DNA of 64,000 bases. It comes from a virus. Made by a program: the position numbers and the translations under genes. The notes under the pieces are model-generated. The model ran no database searches and was not told where the DNA came from. It saw only the letters and a list, made by a program, of their open reading frames with translations. Location: positions 16,264-80,263 of the IMG/VR virus record IMGVR_UViG_3300025646_000024; one strand, 5' to 3'. Of this stretch, positions 56,391-64,000 are shown piece by piece (positions within the stretch are counted from its first letter, which is position 1; every line of letters begins with the position of its first letter).

Positions 56391-58089
56391 GTCTGTAACG
56401 TATTCTAATTTTCTTGCAGTTGGCAATACACCGATTACAATAAACCTAAATGATGCAAATACAACTCTAATAATTGGATCTAACGGTGCTGGTAAAAGCA
56501 CAGTCATCGAGGCAATCGTATTTGCACTGTTCAACAAGTCCTTTCGCAAGGTCAATAAAAACCAACTTATTAACTCTATAAACGAGAAGGACTGTAAAGT
56601 AGACCTAGAGTTCAGTATAGGATCAAAAGAATACCGTATTATTCGTGGACTCAAACCAAACATCTTTGAGATTTGGATTGATGGGAAACTTTTAGATCAA
56701 GTTGCAGCAGCCTCCGATCAACAGAAGTATCTGGAACAAAACATCCTAAAGTTAAATTACAAATCATTTACTCAAATTGTAATTTTGGGATCCAGTACGT
56801 TTGTTCCTTTCATGCAACTTCCTGCAGCTCATCGTAGAGAAATTATTGAAGATCTTCTAGACATTCGCATCTTCTCGACAATGAATGTTATTCTAAAGGA
56901 TCGAATTAAAACCAATAATGACAACATCAAAACCTTTGAGACTGAGATTCAGTTTTTAAAAGAAAAAGTTGGAATGCAAAAAGATCATATTGATTACATT
57001 ACTAGTCAGTCTCAAAAAAGTATTGATGATAAAAAATCTCAAATACTAGATTACGAAGTGCAGATTAAAGATTGCAATGAAACATATGATAAACTTTGCC
57101 AAGAGTTAGAAGTAAAACACCAAGAACTTTCAGCTCTTCCAAAAATTAATATTAAAGACTTAGAGAAATACAAGACTAAATTTTCAACTAAATTATCAGA
57201 CTATACTACTAACATCAAGTTCTATAATGAAAACGATGTGTGTCCAACTTGCCATCAAGACTTAACTGAAGAAGTTAAGGATACTCACATCTCAAAATGC
57301 AATGAAGAAATAGAAAAACTTGAAACTGCAATCCAAGAAGTAGAACTCAAAATTAAAGAGTCTCAGGTTATCATTGATAAATCTCAAGAGATCTTGACAG
57401 ACATAAATGATTTGAATGTAAAAATTGCATCTCAAAATTACAATTGCAAGAGTCTTCAAAAGTTCATTGATGCACTAGATGATGAAATCAAAAAGATCAA
57501 TGAGACAGATAAAGACATTGCAACTGAAAAGCAAAAACTAACAGCACTTGCTTCCGAAGGAGTAGTACTCAAGAAGCAAGTAGATAAAATGAAGAATAAT
57601 AAAACTTACTATGAAATTGTTTCAACTTTATTAAAAGATACTGGAATCAAATCCAAGATCATCAAAAAATATTTGCCCGTGATGAATCAACTTATCAACA
57701 AATATCTCCAGATGATGGATTTCTATGTAAACTTTAATCTTGATGAGAACTTTGAAGAAACTATTAAATCTAGATTTAGAGATGAGTTTAGTTACACATC
57801 TTTCTCCGAGGGTGAAAAAATGCGAATTGATTTAGCATTGATGTTTACCTGGAGAGCAGTTGCCAAACTTAAAAACTCTGCCAGTACAAATTTACTTATT
57901 TTGGATGAAGTATTTGACAGTTCACTTGACACCTCAGGCACGGAAGATTTTCTAAAAATACTTCGTGGAATTGATAGTGACACAAATGTGTTTGTTATCT
58001 CTCACAAAGGTGACATGCTACATGATAAGTTTGAAAAAGTCTTACAGTTTGAAAAAGTCAAGAACTTTAGCAAAGTAAAAGAGCTATAA
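56377..58089 (+). CDS. g46: Recombination endonuclease subunit gp46 (Rad50/SbcC-like)
   Basis: GSNGAGKST; CPTC zinc hook; SFSEGEK; LILDE; ISH. Confidence 0.96.
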   Translation: MILFKSVTYSNFLAVGNTPITINLNDANTTLIIGSNGAGKSTVIEAIVFALFNKSFRKVNKNQLINSINEKDCKVDLEFSIGSKEYRIIRGLKPNIFEIWIDGKLLDQVAAASDQQKYLEQNILKLNYKSFTQIVILGSSTFVPFMQLPAAHRREIIEDLLDIRIFSTMNVILKDRIKTNNDNIKTFETEIQFLKEKVGMQKDHIDYITSQSQKSIDDKKSQILDYEVQIKDCNETYDKLCQELEVKHQELSALPKINIKDLEKYKTKFSTKLSDYTTNIKFYNENDVCPTCHQDLTEEVKDTHISKCNEEIEKLETAIQEVELKIKESQVIIDKSQEILTDINDLNVKIASQNYNCKSLQKFIDALDDEIKKINETDKDIATEKQKLTALASEGVVLKKQVDKMKNNKTYYEIVSTLLKDTGIKSKIIKKYLPVMNQLINKYLQMMDFYVNFNLDENFEETIKSRFRDEFSYTSFSEGEKMRIDLALMFTWRAVAKLKNSASTNLLILDEVFDSSLDTSGTEDFLKILRGIDSDTNVFVISHKGDMLHDKFEKVLQFEKVKNFSKVKEL

Positions 58090-58140
58090 GCAATCCTTAT
58101 GGTCCACCCCATTGACATGGTGGGGTGGACCTGTTACTAT
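58086..58140 (+). promoter_or_regulatory. ATAAG-N5-CTTAT box + hairpin-embedded promoter
   Basis: Box 58086-58100; 11-bp stem GGTCCACCCCA/TGGGGTGGACC 58101-58131 around TTGACA 58112; TACTAT 58135. Confidence 0.8.
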
Positions 58141-58163
58141 ATGAGGACTGAATTGAGGCACCT

Positions 58164-60314
58164 ATGTCCGACATCAAACAGTCCAAGAGTATTCTTGCTA
58201 AACTTTTGGCAACAGAAAACCTTACTGTTGAGCATCGTTCTGTTCCTACTGCAAGTTTTGATACCCATAATCGGGTTTTGACTCTCCCTATTTGGGAAGG
58301 TACTTCTAATGACGTATATGACCTTCTCGTAGGTCACGAAGTTGGTCATGCTATTTACACTCCAGATTTATATGGTAGTGACCTGAATCTTCCCCAGGGT
58401 TACTTGAATGTGGTTGAGGATGCTCGCATTGAGAAATTGATGAAGCGAAAGTATCCTGGTCTTGCTCGTGCATTTTATCGTGGGTATTCAGAACTTCATG
58501 ATGAAGATTTTTTTGAAGTAAAGTCTATTGATATCAATTCACTTAAGTTTATTGATAAAATCAATCTACACTTTAAACTGGGCAATGTTACTTCTGGAGT
58601 GTTTATTAACTTCACCCCAGAGGAACAGGTAATTATTGGCAAAATTGCTAATGCAGAAACTTTTGATGACGTTGTTAATATTGTCAAGGAACTTGTAGAG
58701 CATACTGAACAACAAGTTGAACTTCAATTGTTTTCCAATGCAGGAGACTCAATGGAAGGTGAGATGGATGATGGTGATTCTGAACCCCAAGAGAATCAAA
58801 GTTCACAGAGTAATGTAAGTGATAGTCAGAATCAAACCTCTGCCCAATCAGATTGCGATAATAAGGAAGATACTCCAAAGGAATCTACTCCATCTTCTTC
58901 TAACAACTCTGGAAAGCAAGCAGATTTTACTTCTGATACCGATGAGGCATGGTCTAAGAATCAACAGCAACTTGCTAGTCTTACTGGAAATGCTTACATT
59001 TATTTGACTCCTCCGACTATTAATATTGATAATCATATTCTTGATTGGAAAGATTGTGTTAATGATCTTCCTGATATTTTTAAAGAACTGATTTCTGACG
59101 CAAATCATTCTGGATACAAGAATAAGCAGTATTACCAGAATATGTTCAATAAAGCAGAGAATGATTATAAAAATTACAAAGATGATTGCAAGAAATCAGT
59201 ATCGTACCTGATTAAAGAATTTGAAATGAAGAAACGAGCAACCGAATATAATCGGTCTGCCACTGCAGGGACAGGCATCCTTGATACCAATAAAATGTAT
59301 TCCTACAAGTGGAATGACGACATCTTCAAGAAAGTAACTGTGGTTCCCAAAGGTAAGTCTCACGGTCTAATCATGTATATTGATTGGTCTGGATCAATGC
59401 AAGGAAACCTAGTTGGTACTGTTAAGCAACTATTCAATCTAATTCAGTTTTGTAAAAAGACACAGATTCCTTTTGAGGTGTTTTCTTTTAATGATCGGAA
59501 TGTAGCAAAGAACTATGGTCAAATGTCTCGCAATAAGCAGACTAAGATTGCAGATAATCAAATTTTCATCAACAATGATTTTCTTCTTGTTAATTTTCTA
59601 AGCAGTAAAATGAACACTGCTCAGCTTGAGAAACAGATGAAGAATATTTGGAAACTTGCACACGCTCTGGATCAGCAATCATATCTAACCTATAATTATA
59701 ATCACTACGATCTAGGTAGCACTCCTCTAAACGAGTGTGTATTTGCAGCGATTGATGTTTTTGAAAAGTTCAAGAACACCTATAAAGTGGATAAAGTCAA
59801 TACAGTCTTCTTGACTGATGGCGAATCCAACTCAGTTTCATATAATCGTCCATCTCATGGCAGTAAAAATATTGTTCATGCTGGTTGGCTACATGGTAAT
59901 GAAGTTCTATGTCTTCAGGACAAAAAGAACAAGATTACTATGATGAACATTAGCAAGAATGGTAGCATTGGAATTACTGGTGCGTTTGTAGATTACTATC
60001 GTCAAGTAACTGGATCAAATGCTGTAGGATTCCGACTTATTGATTACTATGGTGCTAAGTCTTTTGTTTCTCGATACCTAACAGATGAGTTTTCAAATTG
60101 GACTGCAGTATCCCCCCAGTGGGCAAAAACTCGATCATTTACTGCAACTTCTTTGGGATACAACGAACTGTATTTTATTGAGATTGGCAACAGTACTCCT
60201 ACAGACACTGTTTCTGCCACACAAACAAATCCATTGGCTACATTTAAAACTCAAATGAGTAAAAAGGCTTTTAATAAGATTATCTTATCAAAATTCATCG
60301 AGCAAATCGCTTGA
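58164..60314 (+). CDS. Peptidase-like (HExxH) / VWA-domain protein (CobT-like)
   Basis: HEVGHA; NVVEDARIE; MIDAS DWSGS...STPL...TDGE. Confidence 0.85.
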   Translation: MSDIKQSKSILAKLLATENLTVEHRSVPTASFDTHNRVLTLPIWEGTSNDVYDLLVGHEVGHAIYTPDLYGSDLNLPQGYLNVVEDARIEKLMKRKYPGLARAFYRGYSELHDEDFFEVKSIDINSLKFIDKINLHFKLGNVTSGVFINFTPEEQVIIGKIANAETFDDVVNIVKELVEHTEQQVELQLFSNAGDSMEGEMDDGDSEPQENQSSQSNVSDSQNQTSAQSDCDNKEDTPKESTPSSSNNSGKQADFTSDTDEAWSKNQQQLASLTGNAYIYLTPPTINIDNHILDWKDCVNDLPDIFKELISDANHSGYKNKQYYQNMFNKAENDYKNYKDDCKKSVSYLIKEFEMKKRATEYNRSATAGTGILDTNKMYSYKWNDDIFKKVTVVPKGKSHGLIMYIDWSGSMQGNLVGTVKQLFNLIQFCKKTQIPFEVFSFNDRNVAKNYGQMSRNKQTKIADNQIFINNDFLLVNFLSSKMNTAQLEKQMKNIWKLAHALDQQSYLTYNYNHYDLGSTPLNECVFAAIDVFEKFKNTYKVDKVNTVFLTDGESNSVSYNRPSHGSKNIVHAGWLHGNEVLCLQDKKNKITMMNISKNGSIGITGAFVDYYRQVTGSNAVGFRLIDYYGAKSFVSRYLTDEFSNWTAVSPQWAKTRSFTATSLGYNELYFIEIGNSTPTDTVSATQTNPLATFKTQMSKKAFNKIILSKFIEQIA

Positions 60315-60339
60315 CACCCCACCCATTTTGCCCTATACT
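60311..60339 (+). promoter_or_regulatory. Sigma70-like promoter
   Basis: TTGACA-17 bp-TATACT. Confidence 0.75.
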
Positions 60340-60368
60340 ACTTTCATACCAAACGAGGTAACTTCATT

Positions 60369-61481
60369 ATGACTCAAATGATTGATCAGCTTGTTCAAAA
60401 TCTGACTGCTCTTTATGGCGAAACTGTGACTCGTCAACAACTAATTGAATATGCTGCAAACGCAGATACTTCACTTGCGTCTATTTGCAAAATTCTTGAG
60501 CCCAACAAAACTGGTCGTGGAGTCTGGAACTTGACTGTAACTGAACAACTTGAAAAAACCTTTAATTCTATGTCTGCAACTCCTGCTACTCCTGTAGTTA
60601 GCTTCATTCCTCAGAAAGACAAGAACTATGTCTCGTTTGGTAACTTTACTGATGTGAAGCGAATCATCAAGTCTGGGATGTTCTATCCTGTATTCATCAC
60701 TGGTCTTTCTGGTAATGGTAAAACCGTCAGTGTAGAGCAAGCTTGTGCTCAATTGAAGCGTGAACTGATCCGTGTCAACATCACTATTGAGACTGACGAA
60801 GATGATCTGCTGGGTGGTTTCCGACTCGTTGATGGGGAAACTGTATGGCATGACGGTCCTGTGGTGAATGCACTGAAGCGTGGTGCAGTCCTTCTGCTTG
60901 ATGAGATTGACCTTGCATCTAACAAGATCATGTGCCTGCAGTCTGTTCTTGAAGGTAAGGGTGTATTCCTTAAGAAGATCAATCAATATGTAACTCCTTC
61001 TGCTGGCTTTAATGTGATTGCAACTGCCAACACCAAGGGCAAAGGTTCTGATGATGGTCGGTTTATCGGCACCAATGTGATGAACGAAGCCTTCCTTGAA
61101 CGTTTTCCTATCACGTTTGAGCAGCCTTATCCTTCGATGGCAACTGAGAAAAAGATTCTCATGAACCTGATGAATTCTTTTGAGGTTGTTGATGAGGAGT
61201 TTGTAGACAAACTGATTGTCTGGGCAGACACTATCCGTAAGACCTTCTATGACGGTGGTGTTGACGAGATTATTACTACTCGTCGTCTTGTCCACATTAT
61301 TCAATCTTTTGCTATCTTCAAGAACCGCAAAAAAGCAATCAATGTTTGCATCAATCGCTTTGATGATGATACCAAGAGTTCTTTCCTGGATCTCTACAAG
61401 AACATTGATGCATCTGCTCTAGAGACTACTGAAGAAGGCGTAGTAGAACCCAACGAAGAGGAACTTGACAACGCCAACTGA
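60369..61481 (+). CDS. cobS: MoxR-type AAA+ ATPase (phage CobS-like)
   Basis: GLSGNGKT; LLLDEID; ATANTKG; NEAFLERF; ITTRRL. Confidence 0.9.
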   Translation: MTQMIDQLVQNLTALYGETVTRQQLIEYAANADTSLASICKILEPNKTGRGVWNLTVTEQLEKTFNSMSATPATPVVSFIPQKDKNYVSFGNFTDVKRIIKSGMFYPVFITGLSGNGKTVSVEQACAQLKRELIRVNITIETDEDDLLGGFRLVDGETVWHDGPVVNALKRGAVLLLDEIDLASNKIMCLQSVLEGKGVFLKKINQYVTPSAGFNVIATANTKGKGSDDGRFIGTNVMNEAFLERFPITFEQPYPSMATEKKILMNLMNSFEVVDEEFVDKLIVWADTIRKTFYDGGVDEIITTRRLVHIIQSFAIFKNRKKAINVCINRFDDDTKSSFLDLYKNIDASALETTEEGVVEPNEEELDNAN

Positions 61482-61493
61482 TTGATGTATACT
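61465..61493 (+). promoter_or_regulatory. Sigma70-like promoter
   Basis: TTGACA-17 bp-TATACT. Confidence 0.75.
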
Positions 61494-61533
61494 AGGGGAG
61501 TTCTCTCCCCGTTTTTTATTCGGAGATTTAATT

Positions 61534-61848
61534 ATGCAATGGAAGTACAACGAAGACAGAATCCTCAAGGACATCGAGGAGTATGTAGTAAGTACTTATG
61601 GAAGCCACTACTGTGGTCATGATGAAGAATATTCTGATGTTCAAACAATTGATCTGATGGCTGCAAAAGGTCTAGCACAGGATTTTTGTCAAGCCAATAT
61701 TTTGAAGTATGGTTCCAGGTATGGTGACAAGGATGGACATAACAAACGTGATTTGATGAAAGTCATTCACTATGCAATGCTTCTTCTTCACTTTGACAAG
61801 CACTATTCTCGCACACAAAACGGTCTCCAGGAGTTCAAATCTGTATGA
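61534..61848 (+). CDS. Conserved hypothetical protein (DUF3310-like)
   Basis: TY..HY; FC.ANILKY.SRYG.K.G....DL.K..HY. Confidence 0.8.
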   Translation: MQWKYNEDRILKDIEEYVVSTYGSHYCGHDEEYSDVQTIDLMAAKGLAQDFCQANILKYGSRYGDKDGHNKRDLMKVIHYAMLLLHFDKHYSRTQNGLQEFKSV

Positions 61849-62513
61849 AAATTTCCAGTGAAACTTTGAATGTTCTAAAAAACTTCTCTACTATCAATTC
61901 GTCACTTGTAGTTAAAGCTGGGAGTGTTATTCGCACAGTATCTCCAGTAAAAAACATTCTCGCAGAGTACAACTGTACAGAGTCATTTGAGCAGAATTTT
62001 GCTCTGTACGATTTGAATGAATTTTTAGGTGGTCTTACTCTATTCAAAGATCCTGAGTTTGTATTTGATAACGCTAGCTACCTGACTATTAAAAGTGGTC
62101 GGTCAAAGGTAAAGTACTTTTTTTCTGATCCTAGCCTAATTACCAGTCCATCCGACAAGCAAATTCCCATGGATGGAGATAATGTAGAGTTTGAACTTGG
62201 GGAAGAAGTTCTGTCTTCTCTTTTGAAAGCTGCGAATGTTTACCAACTAAAAGATCTATCACTGATCAGTGAAGATGGTGAAATCAATCTTGTAGTTCGT
62301 AATAAAGATAACGATACTTCAAACAGTTTTTCGGCTAAGGTTGGGGAGACAGATAAAGAATTTGTTTTTAACTTTAAGATTGAAAACATCAAGATTATTC
62401 CTGATGTATACAAAGTTTTGGTTTCTCCCCAAAACGTTTCTCAGTTTATTAGCTCTAAGTACAATCTTCAATATTGGATTGCACTTGAGCCAGATTCCAC
62501 ATTCGGAGGTTGA
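61845..62513 (+). CDS. g45: Sliding clamp gp45
   Basis: MK+S..T+..LKNF..IN.S; YDLNEFL; YWIALE.DS. Confidence 0.95.
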   Translation: MKISSETLNVLKNFSTINSSLVVKAGSVIRTVSPVKNILAEYNCTESFEQNFALYDLNEFLGGLTLFKDPEFVFDNASYLTIKSGRSKVKYFFSDPSLITSPSDKQIPMDGDNVEFELGEEVLSSLLKAANVYQLKDLSLISEDGEINLVVRNKDNDTSNSFSAKVGETDKEFVFNFKIENIKIIPDVYKVLVSPQNVSQFISSKYNLQYWIALEPDSTFGG

Positions 62514-62517
62514 TTAA

Positions 62518-63465
62518 ATGGTTCGTAATGATTTTTTGTGGGTGGAGAAACACAGGCCACAAAAAGTAAGTGATTGCATTCTTCCAAAAGATATCAAAGA
62601 TACATTTCAGAATTTTGTAGAAAGAGGAGAAATCCCCAATCTGCTTTTATGTGGTCCCCCAGGCATTGGAAAGACTACAATTGCCAAGGCACTTTGTAAC
62701 GAATTAGGAGTAGATTTTTATGTCATCAATGGATCTGATGAAGGACGATTTCTGGACACGGTACGGAACCAAGCAAAAAACTTTGCTTCGACCCTATCAC
62801 TTCAAGGAAATGGTAAACCAAAAGTCATTATCATTGACGAAGCAGATAACACAACCAATGATGTTCAACTCCTCCTACGGGCTAATATTGAGACGTTTCA
62901 TAACAATTGCAGGTTCATCTTCACATGCAACTACAAGAACAAGATCATTGAACCGCTACAATCTAGGTGTGCCGTCTTCGACTTCACTATCGCAGGAAAG
63001 GACAAACCAAAGGTTGCAGGAGAATTCTTCAACCGTATCAGGACTATTCTTGAGGAAGAAGGTATCCAGTATGATACGAAGGTTGTTGCAGAAGTAATCA
63101 ATAAGTTTTTTCCAGATTGGCGTAGGGTATTGAATGAGCTTCAGCGGTATGCATCTGGTGGAGTTATTGATAGTGGAGTCCTTGCTTCTGTCGGTGATAT
63201 TAACCTAAAAAATCTTGTCAATTCCCTGAAAGAAAAGAACTTCAAGGAAGTACGCAGGTGGGTTGTGGAGAATCTTGATAATGATGTAAACTCTATCATT
63301 CGGAAGATTTACAATACCATGTATGAATGTCTGGAGCCAGCATCTATTCCCCAGGCAGTTTTGATTCTTGCTAAGTATCAGTATCAGGCTGCTTTTGTTG
63401 CCGATCAAGAAATTAATACTCTTGCCTGCTTTACTGAAATCATGTGCGACTGTAAGTTTAAATAA
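62518..63465 (+). CDS. g44: Clamp loader large subunit gp44
   Basis: LWVEK.RP; GPPGIGKTT; IIDEAD; SRC. Confidence 0.96.
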   Translation: MVRNDFLWVEKHRPQKVSDCILPKDIKDTFQNFVERGEIPNLLLCGPPGIGKTTIAKALCNELGVDFYVINGSDEGRFLDTVRNQAKNFASTLSLQGNGKPKVIIIDEADNTTNDVQLLLRANIETFHNNCRFIFTCNYKNKIIEPLQSRCAVFDFTIAGKDKPKVAGEFFNRIRTILEEEGIQYDTKVVAEVINKFFPDWRRVLNELQRYASGGVIDSGVLASVGDINLKNLVNSLKEKNFKEVRRWVVENLDNDVNSIIRKIYNTMYECLEPASIPQAVLILAKYQYQAAFVADQEINTLACFTEIMCDCKFK

Positions 63466-63855
63466 ATGTACGAACTCAAAGACTATCTAAATTCAATCAA
63501 TATTTCTAAGGACAATCTAATGGATTCCGATCCTGATTCGGAATCCAAATATCCTCCATATATTATTAATAGATGCTATTCTGGTTTTATTGACACGATT
63601 CTTCTTGCAAATGAGATGAATTTAAATTCTCATATTGATAAGAAACTACAATATGATTTTTATATAAATATTATCAGACCAAAGAAACGTTTCTCTCCTT
63701 GGCTAAAGAAAGAGAAACTTGATTCTCTGGAATACATCAAAGAATATTATGGCTATAGTGATGAAAAGGCTAAAGTTGCCTTGAAGATACTAACAGACGA
63801 ACAAATTGAATTTATCAAATCTAGATTGAATCGTGGAGGAAAAAATGAACGTTGA
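63466..63855 (+). CDS. g62: Clamp loader small subunit gp62
   Basis: YPPYIINR; ANEMN; KRFSPW; YYGYS.EKA. Confidence 0.93.
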   Translation: MYELKDYLNSINISKDNLMDSDPDSESKYPPYIINRCYSGFIDTILLANEMNLNSHIDKKLQYDFYINIIRPKKRFSPWLKKEKLDSLEYIKEYYGYSDEKAKVALKILTDEQIEFIKSRLNRGGKNER

Positions 63856-64000
63856 TAGTGAAGTGAGTTGGTCGCCAGATCAAATGGTTGAAGTAACTCT
63901 AACTGAGCCAGATGACTTTCTAAAAGTCAGGGAAACTCTAACTCGCATTGGAGTTGCATCACGAAAAGACAAAAAGCTATATCAATCTTGCCACATTCTT
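63845..64000 (+). CDS. regA: Translational repressor RegA (5' partial, runs off window); not in ORF track
   Basis: MVEVTL.EPDDFLKVRETLTRIGVASRKDKKLYQSCHIL. Confidence 0.93.
   Translation, partial: MNVDSEVSWSPDQMVEVTLTEPDDFLKVRETLTRIGVASRKDKKLYQSCHIL

Noticed and set aside
41266-58089. Introns/inteins in g17, g20, g23, uvsW, g46
   Set aside because: ORFs are continuous and of normal length, with no intein termini
60471-61304. 277-aa minus-strand ORF
   Set aside because: Antisense shadow of the cobS-like gene, no recognisable motifs
1-64000. tRNA/rRNA genes
   Set aside because: No cloverleaf with T-loop and acceptor stem seen by eye in intergenic DNA; tRNAscan-SE would be needed to exclude them fully

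Overview
A 64-kb segment of a T4-like cyanomyovirus (Kyanoviridae-type) genome, almost entirely on the + strand. 1-10.1 kb is an accessory/early region of short ORFs, many with their own sigma70-like promoter. It contains a candidate replication-origin block (DnaA-type boxes in an 18-bp inverted repeat, 42-bp tandem repeats, leftward promoters), a duplicated three-gene cassette and a GC-rich island (~6.6-10.1 kb). 10.1-51.6 kb carries an HNH endonuclease, a P-loop kinase with a capsid-targeting-like N-terminus, and the virion module (PAAR, g25, g6, g7, g8, VrlC-like, fibre, g13-g23, g3). 51.6-64 kb holds recombination/replication genes (uvsY, uvsW, g55, HNH, g47, g46, peptidase/VWA + MoxR 'CobS', g45, g44, g62, partial regA). 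Main candidate novel system: a palindrome AT(T/C/A)AG-N5-CT(A/G/T)AT of LysR (T-N11-A) type, resembling the cyanobacterial RbcR site. It sits a fixed 18-19 bp upstream of the -35 hexamer at eight promoters, including one ~50 kb away, and the -35 is usually buried in a GC hairpin. Also notable: an NblA-like 52-aa ORF missed by the ORF track inside the structural cluster, and a perfect-consensus antisense promoter upstream of g55. Gene calls rest on motif recognition and T4-like synteny; no database search was run.
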